From the NCBI GenBank assembly GCA_947625145.1, contig CANQNC010000003.1:31754-95753 (forward strand): a stretch of 64,000 bases of DNA, given 5' to 3'. Positions 16,113 through 24,729 of the stretch are shown in pieces (within the stretch, counting starts at the first letter, position 1; each line of letters opens with the position of its first letter). Under the pieces are notes generated by a model. It was not told the DNA's origin and ran no database searches. It saw only the letters and a program-made list of their open reading frames with translations. Made by a program: the position numbers and the translations under genes. Source of the DNA: an uncultured Clostridia bacterium (GTDB taxonomy: Bacteria > Bacillota > Clostridia > Christensenellales > CAG-917).

Positions 16113-16180
16113 AGCAATGTTTTTGATGAAACCGTTCTAAAAAACGCGGATTTTTGTAATGGTTTTGCCAAATACGCTTC

Positions 16181-16217
16181 AAAAAAGTAAAAGCGCGGCG
16201 GCAAAACGCCGCCGCGC
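16181..16217 (-). terminator. rho-independent terminator after pfp
   Basis: A 10-bp stem (GCGCGGCGGC/GCCGCCGCGC) is followed by TTTTACTTTTTT on the minus strand. Confidence 0.75.
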
Positions 16218-16229
16218 CGCAATGCCTTG

Positions 16230-17477
16230 TCAAAGCGTTGCGTAAACTTTTTTCAGCTTGGCAAATCTCGGCAATCCCTCCTCAAGAGGCGCCTTTGCGT
16301 CCCCTTGGATCAGAGGCAACGCATACTTGATGAATTCGTCGCTGACGTATGACCCGTCGTTGGTTATCCACTCAAGAGGAACTTTCTTTTCGGTGTTGGC
16401 GGCAAGTTCGAGGGGCATCAGCACGTTTTTGCAGACGTAGTTGCCGTCCTTGTCGTACGCCCTTTCGAAAATGACCATCTTGTCCGTCTCGCCCTCGCAC
16501 GCGCACTTGACGGCGAACGCCCCCGCATTGAAGGCTTCCTCGACGTCCGTCTTTGAGGCGAGGTGCGCGCCGCAGCGTTGCATGAGGCTGAGCTCGATGG
16601 GCCTGACCTTCACTCCGAGCCTTGTCTTGACTAGGTTTGCAAGCACTTGCGCAAGCCCGCCTAGCTGAGCGTGTCCGAAGCTGTCGTTTGCGGACGCTTC
16701 CGCCTCCGCGACATACTTCCCTTCGAGGTTTTTGATGCCCTCGGACACCGCGACAATGCACTTGTTGTCGTTTTTCTCGCACACGTTTTTGACTGCGGCG
16801 AGGAACTTTTCGGTGTCAAACGGGACCTCGGGAAGATAGATGAGGTCCGCCCCCAAGCCCTTGTAGCCCGCCAAAGCCGCGGCGGCTGTCAGCCAGCCCG
16901 CGTTGCGCCCCATGATCTCCATGATGCACACGCAGCCGAAGTTGTAGACCTTTGCGTCGAGGTTGCACTCCATGATGGTGTTTGCGATATACTTTGCCGC
17001 GCTTGCGTACCCCGGGCAATGGTCGGTGCCGTAAAGGTCGTTGTCAATGGTTTTGGGCACGCCTATGACGTTGCACTCATACCCCACGGATTGCAGATAT
17101 TTGCTGATCTTGTTGCAGGTGTCCATGCTGTCGTTGCCGCCGTTGTAGAAGAAATAGCGGATGTTGTACTTTTCAAACACCTCGAGGATGCGCCTGTAGT
17201 CCGAATCGTCCACGCTTGCGTCCTTAAGTTTGTATCTCGCCGAGCCGAGCGCCGAGGACGGCGTATACTTCAACAACTCTATCTCCTTGGGATCTTCCTT
17301 GGAAATGTCGAAGAATTTTTCGTTGAGGATACCCACGATCCCGTGCTCCGCGCCGTAGACCGCCGTAATATTGCCCTGCTTGAGCGCCTCGGTGAAAACG
17401 CCTGCCGCGCTGCTGTTGATGACGGAAGTCGGACCGCCCGACTGCCCGAACATGCATGCTCCCTTCAAATTTTTCAT
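16230..17477 (-). CDS. pfp: long-form phosphofructokinase, probably PPi-dependent (diphosphate--fructose-6-phosphate 1-phosphotransferase)
   Basis: 415 aa with FGQSGGPTSVINSS, NGGNDSMDT and VIGVPKTIDND. The Lys is where ATP-PFKs carry Gly. Confidence 0.75.
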   Translation of the reverse strand: MKNLKGACMFGQSGGPTSVINSSAAGVFTEALKQGNITAVYGAEHGIVGILNEKFFDISKEDPKEIELLKYTPSSALGSARYKLKDASVDDSDYRRILEVFEKYNIRYFFYNGGNDSMDTCNKISKYLQSVGYECNVIGVPKTIDNDLYGTDHCPGYASAAKYIANTIMECNLDAKVYNFGCVCIMEIMGRNAGWLTAAAALAGYKGLGADLIYLPEVPFDTEKFLAAVKNVCEKNDNKCIVAVSEGIKNLEGKYVAEAEASANDSFGHAQLGGLAQVLANLVKTRLGVKVRPIELSLMQRCGAHLASKTDVEEAFNAGAFAVKCACEGETDKMVIFERAYDKDGNYVCKNVLMPLELAANTEKKVPLEWITNDGSYVSDEFIKYALPLIQGDAKAPLEEGLPRFAKLKKVYATL

Positions 17478-17947
17478 TTCAAACTCCTTTTGCCGCCCGA
17501 CGGCATATATGTCTTAAAATATGATAATATATTTTCACTCAAAATACAAGCGTAAATATTTCCTTTTGCACAATCTTCCCCCTTGAAAGCATTTCACGTT
17601 TCGCCAAAAGCCGAAAAACGCCCATACAAGCGCTCCACCTTTGATGATGACCCGAGTTTTTCCCATGAAAACGCTGCATGTTTTAATGGGGACCCCCATA
17701 GAAGCACTCGCCCAAGCTATCATATTATGAATAGGGCTGTTGACGCAGTATTTCGCTCAACAGCGCGAGTGGATAGGACATGATGACAACGCAAAGCATT
17801 ATAAAGACGTGTAAAACCGCAATATTGAGATGAGTGACAAGGAAGCGCCCCCTGAACGACAAGCCCAATCCCACCCCATGAAAACGCTACGCATTTTGAT
17901 GGGGACCCCGAGAAAATCCCCGTACAAACTATTGTGTTATGATAACT

Positions 17948-18273
17948 CTTGACACAGCTATTCGCCAAATAGCGCGGCAAGAGGACTTGATGTCCACGAA
18001 AAATAAGATAGAGAAAGGTAAAACCGCGATATTTGGATGCTAGGCTAGGAAACAGCCCTCTCCCGAGGCGCCTAGTGTACATGGCGTACACGACGGCGAG
18101 GACAAGCCCCCTTGACACAGCTATTCGCCAAATAGCGCGGCAAGAGGACTTGATGTCCACGAAAAATAAGATAGAGAAAGGTAAAACCGCGATATTTGGA
18201 TGCTAGGCTAGGAAACAGCCCTCTCCCGAGGCGCCTAGTGTACATGGCGTACACGACGGCGAGGGAGAGGGCT
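17948..18273. repeat. tandem duplication with a 163-bp period, two copies
   Basis: By eye, 17948-18101 and 18111-18264 are identical. The copies diverge only in the last ~10 nt. Confidence 0.85.
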
Positions 18274-18309
18274 GTTGACAACGCATAGCGCCAAATAGCG
18301 CGGTTTTAC
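18181..18309. repeat. complete 129-bp repeat element with 19-bp terminal inverted repeats (copy E1)
   Basis: The left end gtaaaaccgcgatatttgg (18181-18199) and right end ccaaatagcgcggttttac (18291-18309) are complementary in 18 of 19 positions. The internal hairpin spans 18216-18274 (CAGCCCTCTCCC...GGGAGAGGGCTG). Confidence 0.8.
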
Positions 18310-19289
18310 TTGCTGATGACGATGGCAAGATCATACAACTTCTGATCAAACTCCTTCGGCAAGGACAGCGCCTCCGCCACGGTGGTGTCGTAGATATCGC
18401 CGCCGCGGACGCCGACGACTCTGCCCGACTGACCGCACTGAATGAGGTCAACGGCGCGCTGAGCCATGCGGGAGGCGAGGACGCGATCGGACATGGTGGG
18501 ATTGCCGCCGCGTTGCATATAGCCAAGCGCCATATGGTTTACGCGGCGATTGGTTTCCGCCGCCACTTTTTGCAAAAGCTCGTCCTTCAAATAGTTTTTG
18601 CCCTCGGCGAGCAAGATGATGGTGGACGTCTTGCCCTTGTCGAAGCCGCGCTTCACGCTTTTTGCGATCTCGTCCACGTCCGCGGGGGCTTCGGGGACGA
18701 TGACATATTCCGCGCCGCCCGCCACGGCAGAGTTGAGCGCGATGTTGCCGCTCATCCTGCCCATGACCTCGAGGATCATGATGCGGTCGTGAGAAGTGAT
18801 GGTGTCGCGCAGTTTCAAGATGGCGTCTATGACGGTGTTGCAAGCGGTGTCGAAGCCTATGGTGTAGTCCGTATAGCCCATGTCGTTGTCAATGGTGCCG
18901 GGGATGCCGATGACGTTCAGTTCGGTGAAATCGTGAATGTCCTGCACTCCCCTGAACGAGCCGTCGCCGCCTATGACTATCAAATTTTCTATGCCTCTGT
19001 TGAGGAGGTTGTCCACCGCCTTTTTCATGACTTCCTTGTCCTTGAACTCGGGGCAACGGGAAGTGCGCAGAATGGTGCCGCCCGCGTGCACGCAGTTGGA
19101 CACGGAGGAATAGGGCATGGGGATTATCTCATCGCGGACGAGCCCGGAATAGCCGTGGCGCACGCCGTACATTTCAAAGCCCTGCGCCATGCCGTAGCGC
19201 ACGACTGTCCTGATGCACGCATTCATGCCCGAGGCGTCTCCGCCCGAGGTGAGCACTGCCAATTTGTTGTTTTTCAAAGTCTTTGCCAT
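18306..19289 (-). CDS. pfkA: ATP-dependent 6-phosphofructokinase
   Basis: I trimmed the start to ATG 19289 (MAKTLKNNKLAVLTSGGDASGMNA), which has a GGAG RBS. Motifs are VIGGDGSFRG, GIPGTIDND and MGR. The stop TAA at 18306-18308 lies inside the repeat terminus. Confidence 0.9.
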   Translation of the reverse strand: MAKTLKNNKLAVLTSGGDASGMNACIRTVVRYGMAQGFEMYGVRHGYSGLVRDEIIPMPYSSVSNCVHAGGTILRTSRCPEFKDKEVMKKAVDNLLNRGIENLIVIGGDGSFRGVQDIHDFTELNVIGIPGTIDNDMGYTDYTIGFDTACNTVIDAILKLRDTITSHDRIMILEVMGRMSGNIALNSAVAGGAEYVIVPEAPADVDEIAKSVKRGFDKGKTSTIILLAEGKNYLKDELLQKVAAETNRRVNHMALGYMQRGGNPTMSDRVLASRMAQRAVDLIQCGQSGRVVGVRGGDIYDTTVAEALSLPKEFDQKLYDLAIVISK

Positions 19290-19387
19290 AAAATTCTCCA
19301 TAAGGCCAAAAGCCGATCGTTTTGTGGGGGACGCGCACAAGCCCGTCCGATTGCTATTATATCACAATTTTTGCCATCTTCAACAGT

Positions 19388-22300
19388 TTATTCGTATTTT
19401 ACATTGTTCTCCCCGAGCAATTGTTTGAGTCTGAAGATCAACTCGTCGCCGACTTCGACAGTCTGCGGGAAGGCGCGCACCTGCCCCAATATCTGCGCGT
19501 GGCAGGGGGTTTTGCCGGGATACATGGACAGCAGGCTTGCGACGAGGTTTTTCTGCTCCACGGTGGTGATGTTGACATACAATTTTCTCTCGCGCACGGG
19601 AGCGCCCTCCGCGTCCGAATTTTTCCATATCTCCATACGCTCGATCACGATCTTCGGCTCGCTCTCGTCCGAGAGGTCTATCTTGCCCACGACCTTGACG
19701 GGAAGCTCGGCGTCGAGGAGCTCGAAATATCTCTCGTAGGCGCGCGTGTACATTGTGAAAGAGATCGAGCCCATCATGTCCTCAAGCCGCCCTATCGCAA
19801 ACTTTTGCTGTTTTTTGGTCAGCTTGCGCTCGTAGGAGCTGATGATACAGCCGAATTTGACGGTTTTGCCGTCCAGCGAGCTGTCCACCGCCAAATGCGC
19901 GTCTCCGAACTCCTCGCCCTCGTCCTTTTCTTCCACCATAAGCATGCTCGTGTCGAAATCGAACTCGTGCCTGTCGTCGTGATAGTCGTCGAGGGGATGC
20001 CCGCTTATGTACATGCCAAGCACTTCCTTCTCAAATGCAAGACGTTGCATTTTGGGATACTCTTCCACCTCGGTGTAGACGATCTCGGTCTGTTCGAGCA
20101 GTGCGTCGAAGAGGGAAAGTTGCCCCAAGACCCTGCTCTTCTTGTCGCTGAGCACCGCGTCCAAAATGCGCTCGTACGACGCCATCAGCGTTGCACGCGA
20201 CTTCCCGAAGCAGTCCAGCGCCCCGCCCTTGATGAGGCTTTCTATCATACGCTTGTTTATCCTGACCGCGGGATTGTCCCCTTGACCTCCCGCACATCTC
20301 TCGAAGAAGTCGCGAATGTTTTTGAATTTGCCGTTTTTCTCCCTCTCCTCGAGGATGAACTCCATGGCGAGGTCGCCCACGTTCTTTATGCCCATAAGCC
20401 CGTAACGCACGTTGTTGCCCTCAATGGAAAACAGCTTTTCCGAGCGGTTGATATCGGGAGGCAGAACGGCGACGCCCGTGCGGCGCAGATAGCCCATATA
20501 GTGCTTCACTTCGTCCGCGTTTGTGATGCGATTGTTGACCACCGCGACGATGAAGTGAATGGGATAATACAGCTTGAGAAACGCCGTCTGATACGTCAAG
20601 AGGGTGTACGCCGCGGCATGCGACTTGTTGAAGGCATAATCCGCAAATTTGAGTATCTGATCGAACAAATGGCTCGCCACCTCTTCGTCTACGCCGTTTG
20701 CGACGGCGCCGGGGATATGCGTTTTTGTCTTATCGTCTTTAAGCACGCCCCCGTGCAAGAATATTTTCTTTTGAGCTTCGAGCTCTGTTTTGCTCTTCTT
20801 CGCGACGGCGCGACGCAAGATGTCCGCTCCGCCGAACGTATAGCCGCCGAGGCGCTGCGCGATCTGCATGACCTGCTCCTGATAGACGATACAGCCGTAG
20901 GTGGTTTTGAGGATGTCCTCGAGCAGAGGGTGCGCGTAGGTGATGGATTCGGGATTGTGCTTGCCCTTGATGAAGTCGCCGATAAATTGCATCGGACCGG
21001 GCCTGTACAGCGATATGCCCGCTATGACGTCCTCTATGTTGGTGGGCTGAAGCTGAGCCATAAACCTCTTCATGCCCCCCGATTCAAGTTGGAACACCGC
21101 CTCGCAATCCCCCGAAGATATCAATTCAAAGACCTTTTTGTCATCATAGCCGAGTTTGTGGAAGTCGATCTCCACTCCCCTGTCCTTTTTGATCAGCTTG
21201 ATCGCCTCGTCTATGTCCGTCAGGGTCTTGAGGCCGAGGAAGTCCATCTTCAAAAGGCCGATCTTTTCTATCATCTTCTTGTCGAACTGAGTCGTGACAA
21301 ACGGGCCGTTGCGGGACAGCGCGCAATATTGCACAACGGGGTCCCTGCATATGACAACTCCCGCCGCGTGCATGGAGGTCTGCCTCGGCATGCCTTCAAG
21401 CCCCATGGCGATGTCTATGACCTCTTTGGCGACGCCGCCCTCGTCGTATATGCGCTTGAAGTCCGCGCTGAAGCACGACGTCCCCTCGTGAAGCACCTGC
21501 GGAAGCAACACTTTGCCCGTGGGGATCTCCCTGACCCAAGCGTTTGCCTCGGAGTACGGCACGTCCAACACGCGCGCGACGTCCTTGACGACCGCCTTTG
21601 CGCTCATGGTGGAGTAGGCGATGATCTGCGAGACCCTCTCCTTGCCGTATTTTTTTACGCAATAGTCAATGACTTCCTGCCTGCGCACGAAGCAAAAATC
21701 CACGTCGAAGTCGGGCATGCTGACGCGCTCGGCGCTCAAAAAGCGCTCGAACAGAAGGTTGTATTTCAAGGGGTCTATGTCCGTGATGCCTATACAATAC
21801 GCCACTATGCTCCCGCATCCGCTTCCTCTTCCGGGGCCAACGGGGACGCCCATCTCCTGCGCGGCGTGCACATAGTCCCACACGATCAAAAAATAGCCGT
21901 CGAAGCCACATTTGTGTATGACCCCCAACTCGTACTCCAACCTGTTGCGCACCTCGTCCGTGACGACGGGATATCTGCGCTTCACGCCCTGCCACGCGAG
22001 GTCCCTGAGGTATTCCATCTCGTCTCTGTCCCCCATTTCCTCGTTGTGATAGATGGGGATGATGGGTTTGGCGTGGTCGACGAAATAGTCCTCCACTTTG
22101 TCCGCGATCTCGGTCGTGGACTCTATCGCCTCGGGGATCCAATCGAACAGCTTTTCCATCTCCTCGCCCGATTTGAGATAATATTCGTCCTCGGTGAAGC
22201 GGGCGGAGTTTTGCTTTTCGTCCGATTTTTTGCACCCCATTGTGATGCACATCATGGTGTCTTGAAGCTCGGCGTCCTCTTTTTTGATGTAGTGGACGTC

Positions 22301-22990
22301 GTTTGTGGCGACCACTTTGACGCCAATCTCACGTGCTATGCGCACAAGAGGATTCATGACGATCTTGTCCTCTTCCTTGCCGTGGTCCTGAAGCTCTATA
22401 TAATAGTCTCCCTCCGCAAACATGTCCCGCATGCGCGCGGCGTATTGCTTTGCCCCCTCATAGTCTCCCTTGAGTATGAGCCTCGGCACCTTCCCCGCAA
22501 GGCAAGCCGAAAGGCAGATGAGCCCTTCCGTGTGTCCCTCGAGACGTTGGAGGTCAATACGCGGGCGCATATAAAATCCGTCCACAAACGCGATCGAGCT
22601 GAGATACATGAGGTTTTCATAGCCCGTTTTGTTTTTTGCAAGCAAAATGAGATGATAGCGCTCTTTGAGCACTTCGGGAGTCTTGACGTACATGTCCTCG
22701 GCGACGTAAAATTCCTGCCCGATGATGGGCTTGATGCCGTGCGACCTCAAGGACACGACAAAGTTGAACACGCCGTACATGTTGCCGTGGTCCGTGATCG
22801 CGCACGCCTTCATGCCAAGCTCTTTGAGCGCGGAGGCAAGAGGATTCACGGTCACGGTCTTGTTCGGGTCCTTTTTGGGCGGGTCCGAGTCGTCCATTGC
22901 GTCGAAGTTGGGGATCTCCTGCGAAAGACGGCAAGCCCCGTCAAGCAAGCTGTATTCGGTGTGCAAATGCAAATGTACAAAATCGCTCAT
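19388..22990 (-). CDS. dnaE: DNA polymerase III alpha subunit (DnaE type)
   Basis: 1200 aa. The PHP N-terminus is MSDFVHLHLHTEYSLLDGA. Catalytic region motifs include GPGRGSGCGSIVAYCIGITDIDP and PDFDVDF. The RBS is AAGGAG. Confidence 0.95.
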   Translation of the reverse strand: MSDFVHLHLHTEYSLLDGACRLSQEIPNFDAMDDSDPPKKDPNKTVTVNPLASALKELGMKACAITDHGNMYGVFNFVVSLRSHGIKPIIGQEFYVAEDMYVKTPEVLKERYHLILLAKNKTGYENLMYLSSIAFVDGFYMRPRIDLQRLEGHTEGLICLSACLAGKVPRLILKGDYEGAKQYAARMRDMFAEGDYYIELQDHGKEEDKIVMNPLVRIAREIGVKVVATNDVHYIKKEDAELQDTMMCITMGCKKSDEKQNSARFTEDEYYLKSGEEMEKLFDWIPEAIESTTEIADKVEDYFVDHAKPIIPIYHNEEMGDRDEMEYLRDLAWQGVKRRYPVVTDEVRNRLEYELGVIHKCGFDGYFLIVWDYVHAAQEMGVPVGPGRGSGCGSIVAYCIGITDIDPLKYNLLFERFLSAERVSMPDFDVDFCFVRRQEVIDYCVKKYGKERVSQIIAYSTMSAKAVVKDVARVLDVPYSEANAWVREIPTGKVLLPQVLHEGTSCFSADFKRIYDEGGVAKEVIDIAMGLEGMPRQTSMHAAGVVICRDPVVQYCALSRNGPFVTTQFDKKMIEKIGLLKMDFLGLKTLTDIDEAIKLIKKDRGVEIDFHKLGYDDKKVFELISSGDCEAVFQLESGGMKRFMAQLQPTNIEDVIAGISLYRPGPMQFIGDFIKGKHNPESITYAHPLLEDILKTTYGCIVYQEQVMQIAQRLGGYTFGGADILRRAVAKKSKTELEAQKKIFLHGGVLKDDKTKTHIPGAVANGVDEEVASHLFDQILKFADYAFNKSHAAAYTLLTYQTAFLKLYYPIHFIVAVVNNRITNADEVKHYMGYLRRTGVAVLPPDINRSEKLFSIEGNNVRYGLMGIKNVGDLAMEFILEEREKNGKFKNIRDFFERCAGGQGDNPAVRINKRMIESLIKGGALDCFGKSRATLMASYERILDAVLSDKKSRVLGQLSLFDALLEQTEIVYTEVEEYPKMQRLAFEKEVLGMYISGHPLDDYHDDRHEFDFDTSMLMVEEKDEGEEFGDAHLAVDSSLDGKTVKFGCIISSYERKLTKKQQKFAIGRLEDMMGSISFTMYTRAYERYFELLDAELPVKVVGKIDLSDESEPKIVIERMEIWKNSDAEGAPVRERKLYVNITTVEQKNLVASLLSMYPGKTPCHAQILGQVRAFPQTVEVGDELIFRLKQLLGENNVKYE

Positions 22991-23035
22991 ATTTCTCCTT
23001 CGGAAGCGCTTCTTCCGTTTTCCGTACGTCTTTTT

Positions 23036-23953
23036 TCAACAATTTTGCGCGAGTTCGATCAGCCGTCTGAAGCGGTTGCCGAGGCAACTTTTGCTGACGC
23101 CCAGCATGTCCGCAAGCTCTTTCAGGGATGCCTCGGGGTTGGCGGTCCTCGCGTCCGCGGTCTGTTTGAGCGCGGCGGGCAGACGATCGAAAACGCCCTT
23201 TTCCTTCAAGCGCATGATCGCGACGATCTGCTTTGCCGAAGCGCTGACCGTCTTGTCTATGTTCGCCGCCTCGCAAATGCTCCGCCTGTTGATGTTGTTG
23301 GCGATCTCTCTGTCGTCTATTATGGCGTGCAGTTTCAGATAGCTCTCGGTGAGGCCGAGCATGCCCAGCGCGTCCAAGATGACGTCCTTGTCGTGGATAT
23401 ATATCTCCTTAAATTCCCCTCTGTCCCTGCTTTTTGCGGGCAGACCCAACTGTCCGAGAAGCCGCGTCACGTCCTCGGCGAGGGCTTCGTCCGTCAGGTG
23501 AAGCTCCAAGGAATAGCCGCTCTTTCCCCCCGACACGTAGACGCCCGCGCAACTCAAAAGCAATCCCAAAAGATAGCTTTTTTTGCAACACGTCTTGCGC
23601 AAAAGCCCCTCGGGAGTCCCCCGTCTGAAACCCACAAACGCGTCGTTTTCGCTGTCCATAAGCTCGAGGTCGAAAAGCGCCTGCTTGCTCATTCCGTGCG
23701 GAAGGACCACGCCGCAATCCCCGGATTGGGACACGCGAAGCTCTATCTCCACGGGATAGAGGGATTTGAAAAGTCGTATGAGCGCAAGCCCTTCCTCTCG
23801 ATTTGCGACAGATATCGCAAGGTTCATCCGTCTGCCCGAGATCTCTATGCTTCCCTTCTGCCTTGCCACAGCCGAGCAAAACGCGCGCGCGCAACACTGC
23901 TCTTTGGGGAGCGCGGTCAAAATTTCGGATTTCAATTCATCTTGAAAGCTCAT
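23036..23953 (-). CDS. whiA: DNA-binding sporulation/cell-division regulator WhiA
   Basis: 305 aa. The N-terminus MSFQDELKSEIL...CCARAF is typical of WhiA, and the C-terminal HTH is LKELADMLGVSKSCLGNRFRRL. Confidence 0.85.
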   Translation of the reverse strand: MSFQDELKSEILTALPKEQCCARAFCSAVARQKGSIEISGRRMNLAISVANREEGLALIRLFKSLYPVEIELRVSQSGDCGVVLPHGMSKQALFDLELMDSENDAFVGFRRGTPEGLLRKTCCKKSYLLGLLLSCAGVYVSGGKSGYSLELHLTDEALAEDVTRLLGQLGLPAKSRDRGEFKEIYIHDKDVILDALGMLGLTESYLKLHAIIDDREIANNINRRSICEAANIDKTVSASAKQIVAIMRLKEKGVFDRLPAALKQTADARTANPEASLKELADMLGVSKSCLGNRFRRLIELAQNC

Positions 23954-24713
23954 CTGTCCACTTCCGTTTATCCTTAAACTCGGGCATATTGCCCTCTATG
24001 CCGAAAATGCGGTTTTCGGGTATCCCGAATGTCAACGCAAACTTCTCCACGGCTTGAAAGCGTCCCGGTTTGTTCGCCCTGTGCGCGTCGCTTCCCAAAA
24101 TGAAGTTTACGCCCGAGGATACAAGCGCTTCCACAGCCCCGCCGTCAAGCCCTTTTATGGCGCCGAGATGCCTCTCGTTCAGTTCGAAATACACGCCGTT
24201 TTTCGCGCACGCCTCGCCCAACGCCCCGAAGTCCACGGGGAAGCGATGCCCGGGATGCGCGATCACGTCCACGGGATATCTTTCCATGGCTTTGAGATAC
24301 GCCTGCGTGTTGAGCGCCCTGTTCCTTTCCCTCGCCCCGTCCCCGCAAAAACCGTTTGACAGGATGAAGCGGCGGGAGCTCTTCTTTTTTGCAAGCGCGA
24401 GGAAGGGATGGAAGCCCACGATCAGCGGCGAGCACAGCGGCAACAGCTCGGGCGGGACGTCCACAGTGCCCTCGAAGTCGATTATGTTGCCCTCTATGCC
24501 TTGAAGGACTTTGACCGAGGTCACCCCCTCGATCTCCTTCCTCTGCGCGAAAAAGCTGTCCGAGCTATGCCCGCAGGACCGGTTCAAAAAGGAGTGATCC
24601 GTGATCGCGATCACGTCCAGCCCGCGCGCCCTTGCGGCGTCCGCATGATCCCAAACGTCGCAATGCCCGTCGCTGACCCGCGTATGAAGATGAAAATCCC
24701 CCGCAATGCGCAT
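23937..24713 (-). CDS. PHP-domain metal-dependent phosphoesterase
   Basis: 258 aa with MRIAGDFHLHTRVSDGH...AITDH...GSDAH. It overlaps the whiA start by 17 nt. Confidence 0.7.
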   Translation of the reverse strand: MRIAGDFHLHTRVSDGHCDVWDHADAARARGLDVIAITDHSFLNRSCGHSSDSFFAQRKEIEGVTSVKVLQGIEGNIIDFEGTVDVPPELLPLCSPLIVGFHPFLALAKKKSSRRFILSNGFCGDGARERNRALNTQAYLKAMERYPVDVIAHPGHRFPVDFGALGEACAKNGVYFELNERHLGAIKGLDGGAVEALVSSGVNFILGSDAHRANKPGRFQAVEKFALTFGIPENRIFGIEGNMPEFKDKRKWTDELSR

Positions 24714-24729
24714 ATGTCCCCCAAAACCG

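Larger units (their letters stand above)
17650..18309. repeat. cluster 1 of the structured intergenic repeat family (about four units; MITE/REPIN-like)
   Basis: It lies between the pfkA stop and the pfp promoter region. Shared blocks are GTAAAACCG, TTGACA(c/a)(a/c)GC.AT..CGCC, long internal hairpins and a 40-nt linker. It is homologous to 63023-63581. Confidence 0.8.

Noticed and set aside
17720-18281. 146-aa and 69-aa minus-strand ORFs inside the repeat cluster
   Set aside because: They are made of repeated element sequence, have no RBS, and contain duplicated peptide segments that simply reflect the tandem DNA duplication.
17650-18309. interpretation of the palindromic repeats as integron attC sites, CRISPR repeats or promoters (each unit carries TTGACA)
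   Set aside because: - The termini GTAAAAC/GTTTTAC do not fit the attC RYYYAAC/GTTRRRY cores. No cassette ORFs or intI are present.
- The spacing and variable parts do not fit a CRISPR array.
- No acceptable -10 follows any of the TTGACA motifs at 16-18 nt on either strand.
19322-23977. 1551-aa plus-strand ORF spanning the dnaE and whiA loci
   Set aside because: It is a shadow ORF opposite dnaE and whiA, both of which have unmistakable motifs. It even runs across the dnaE/whiA intergenic region, which a real gene would not be expected to do.
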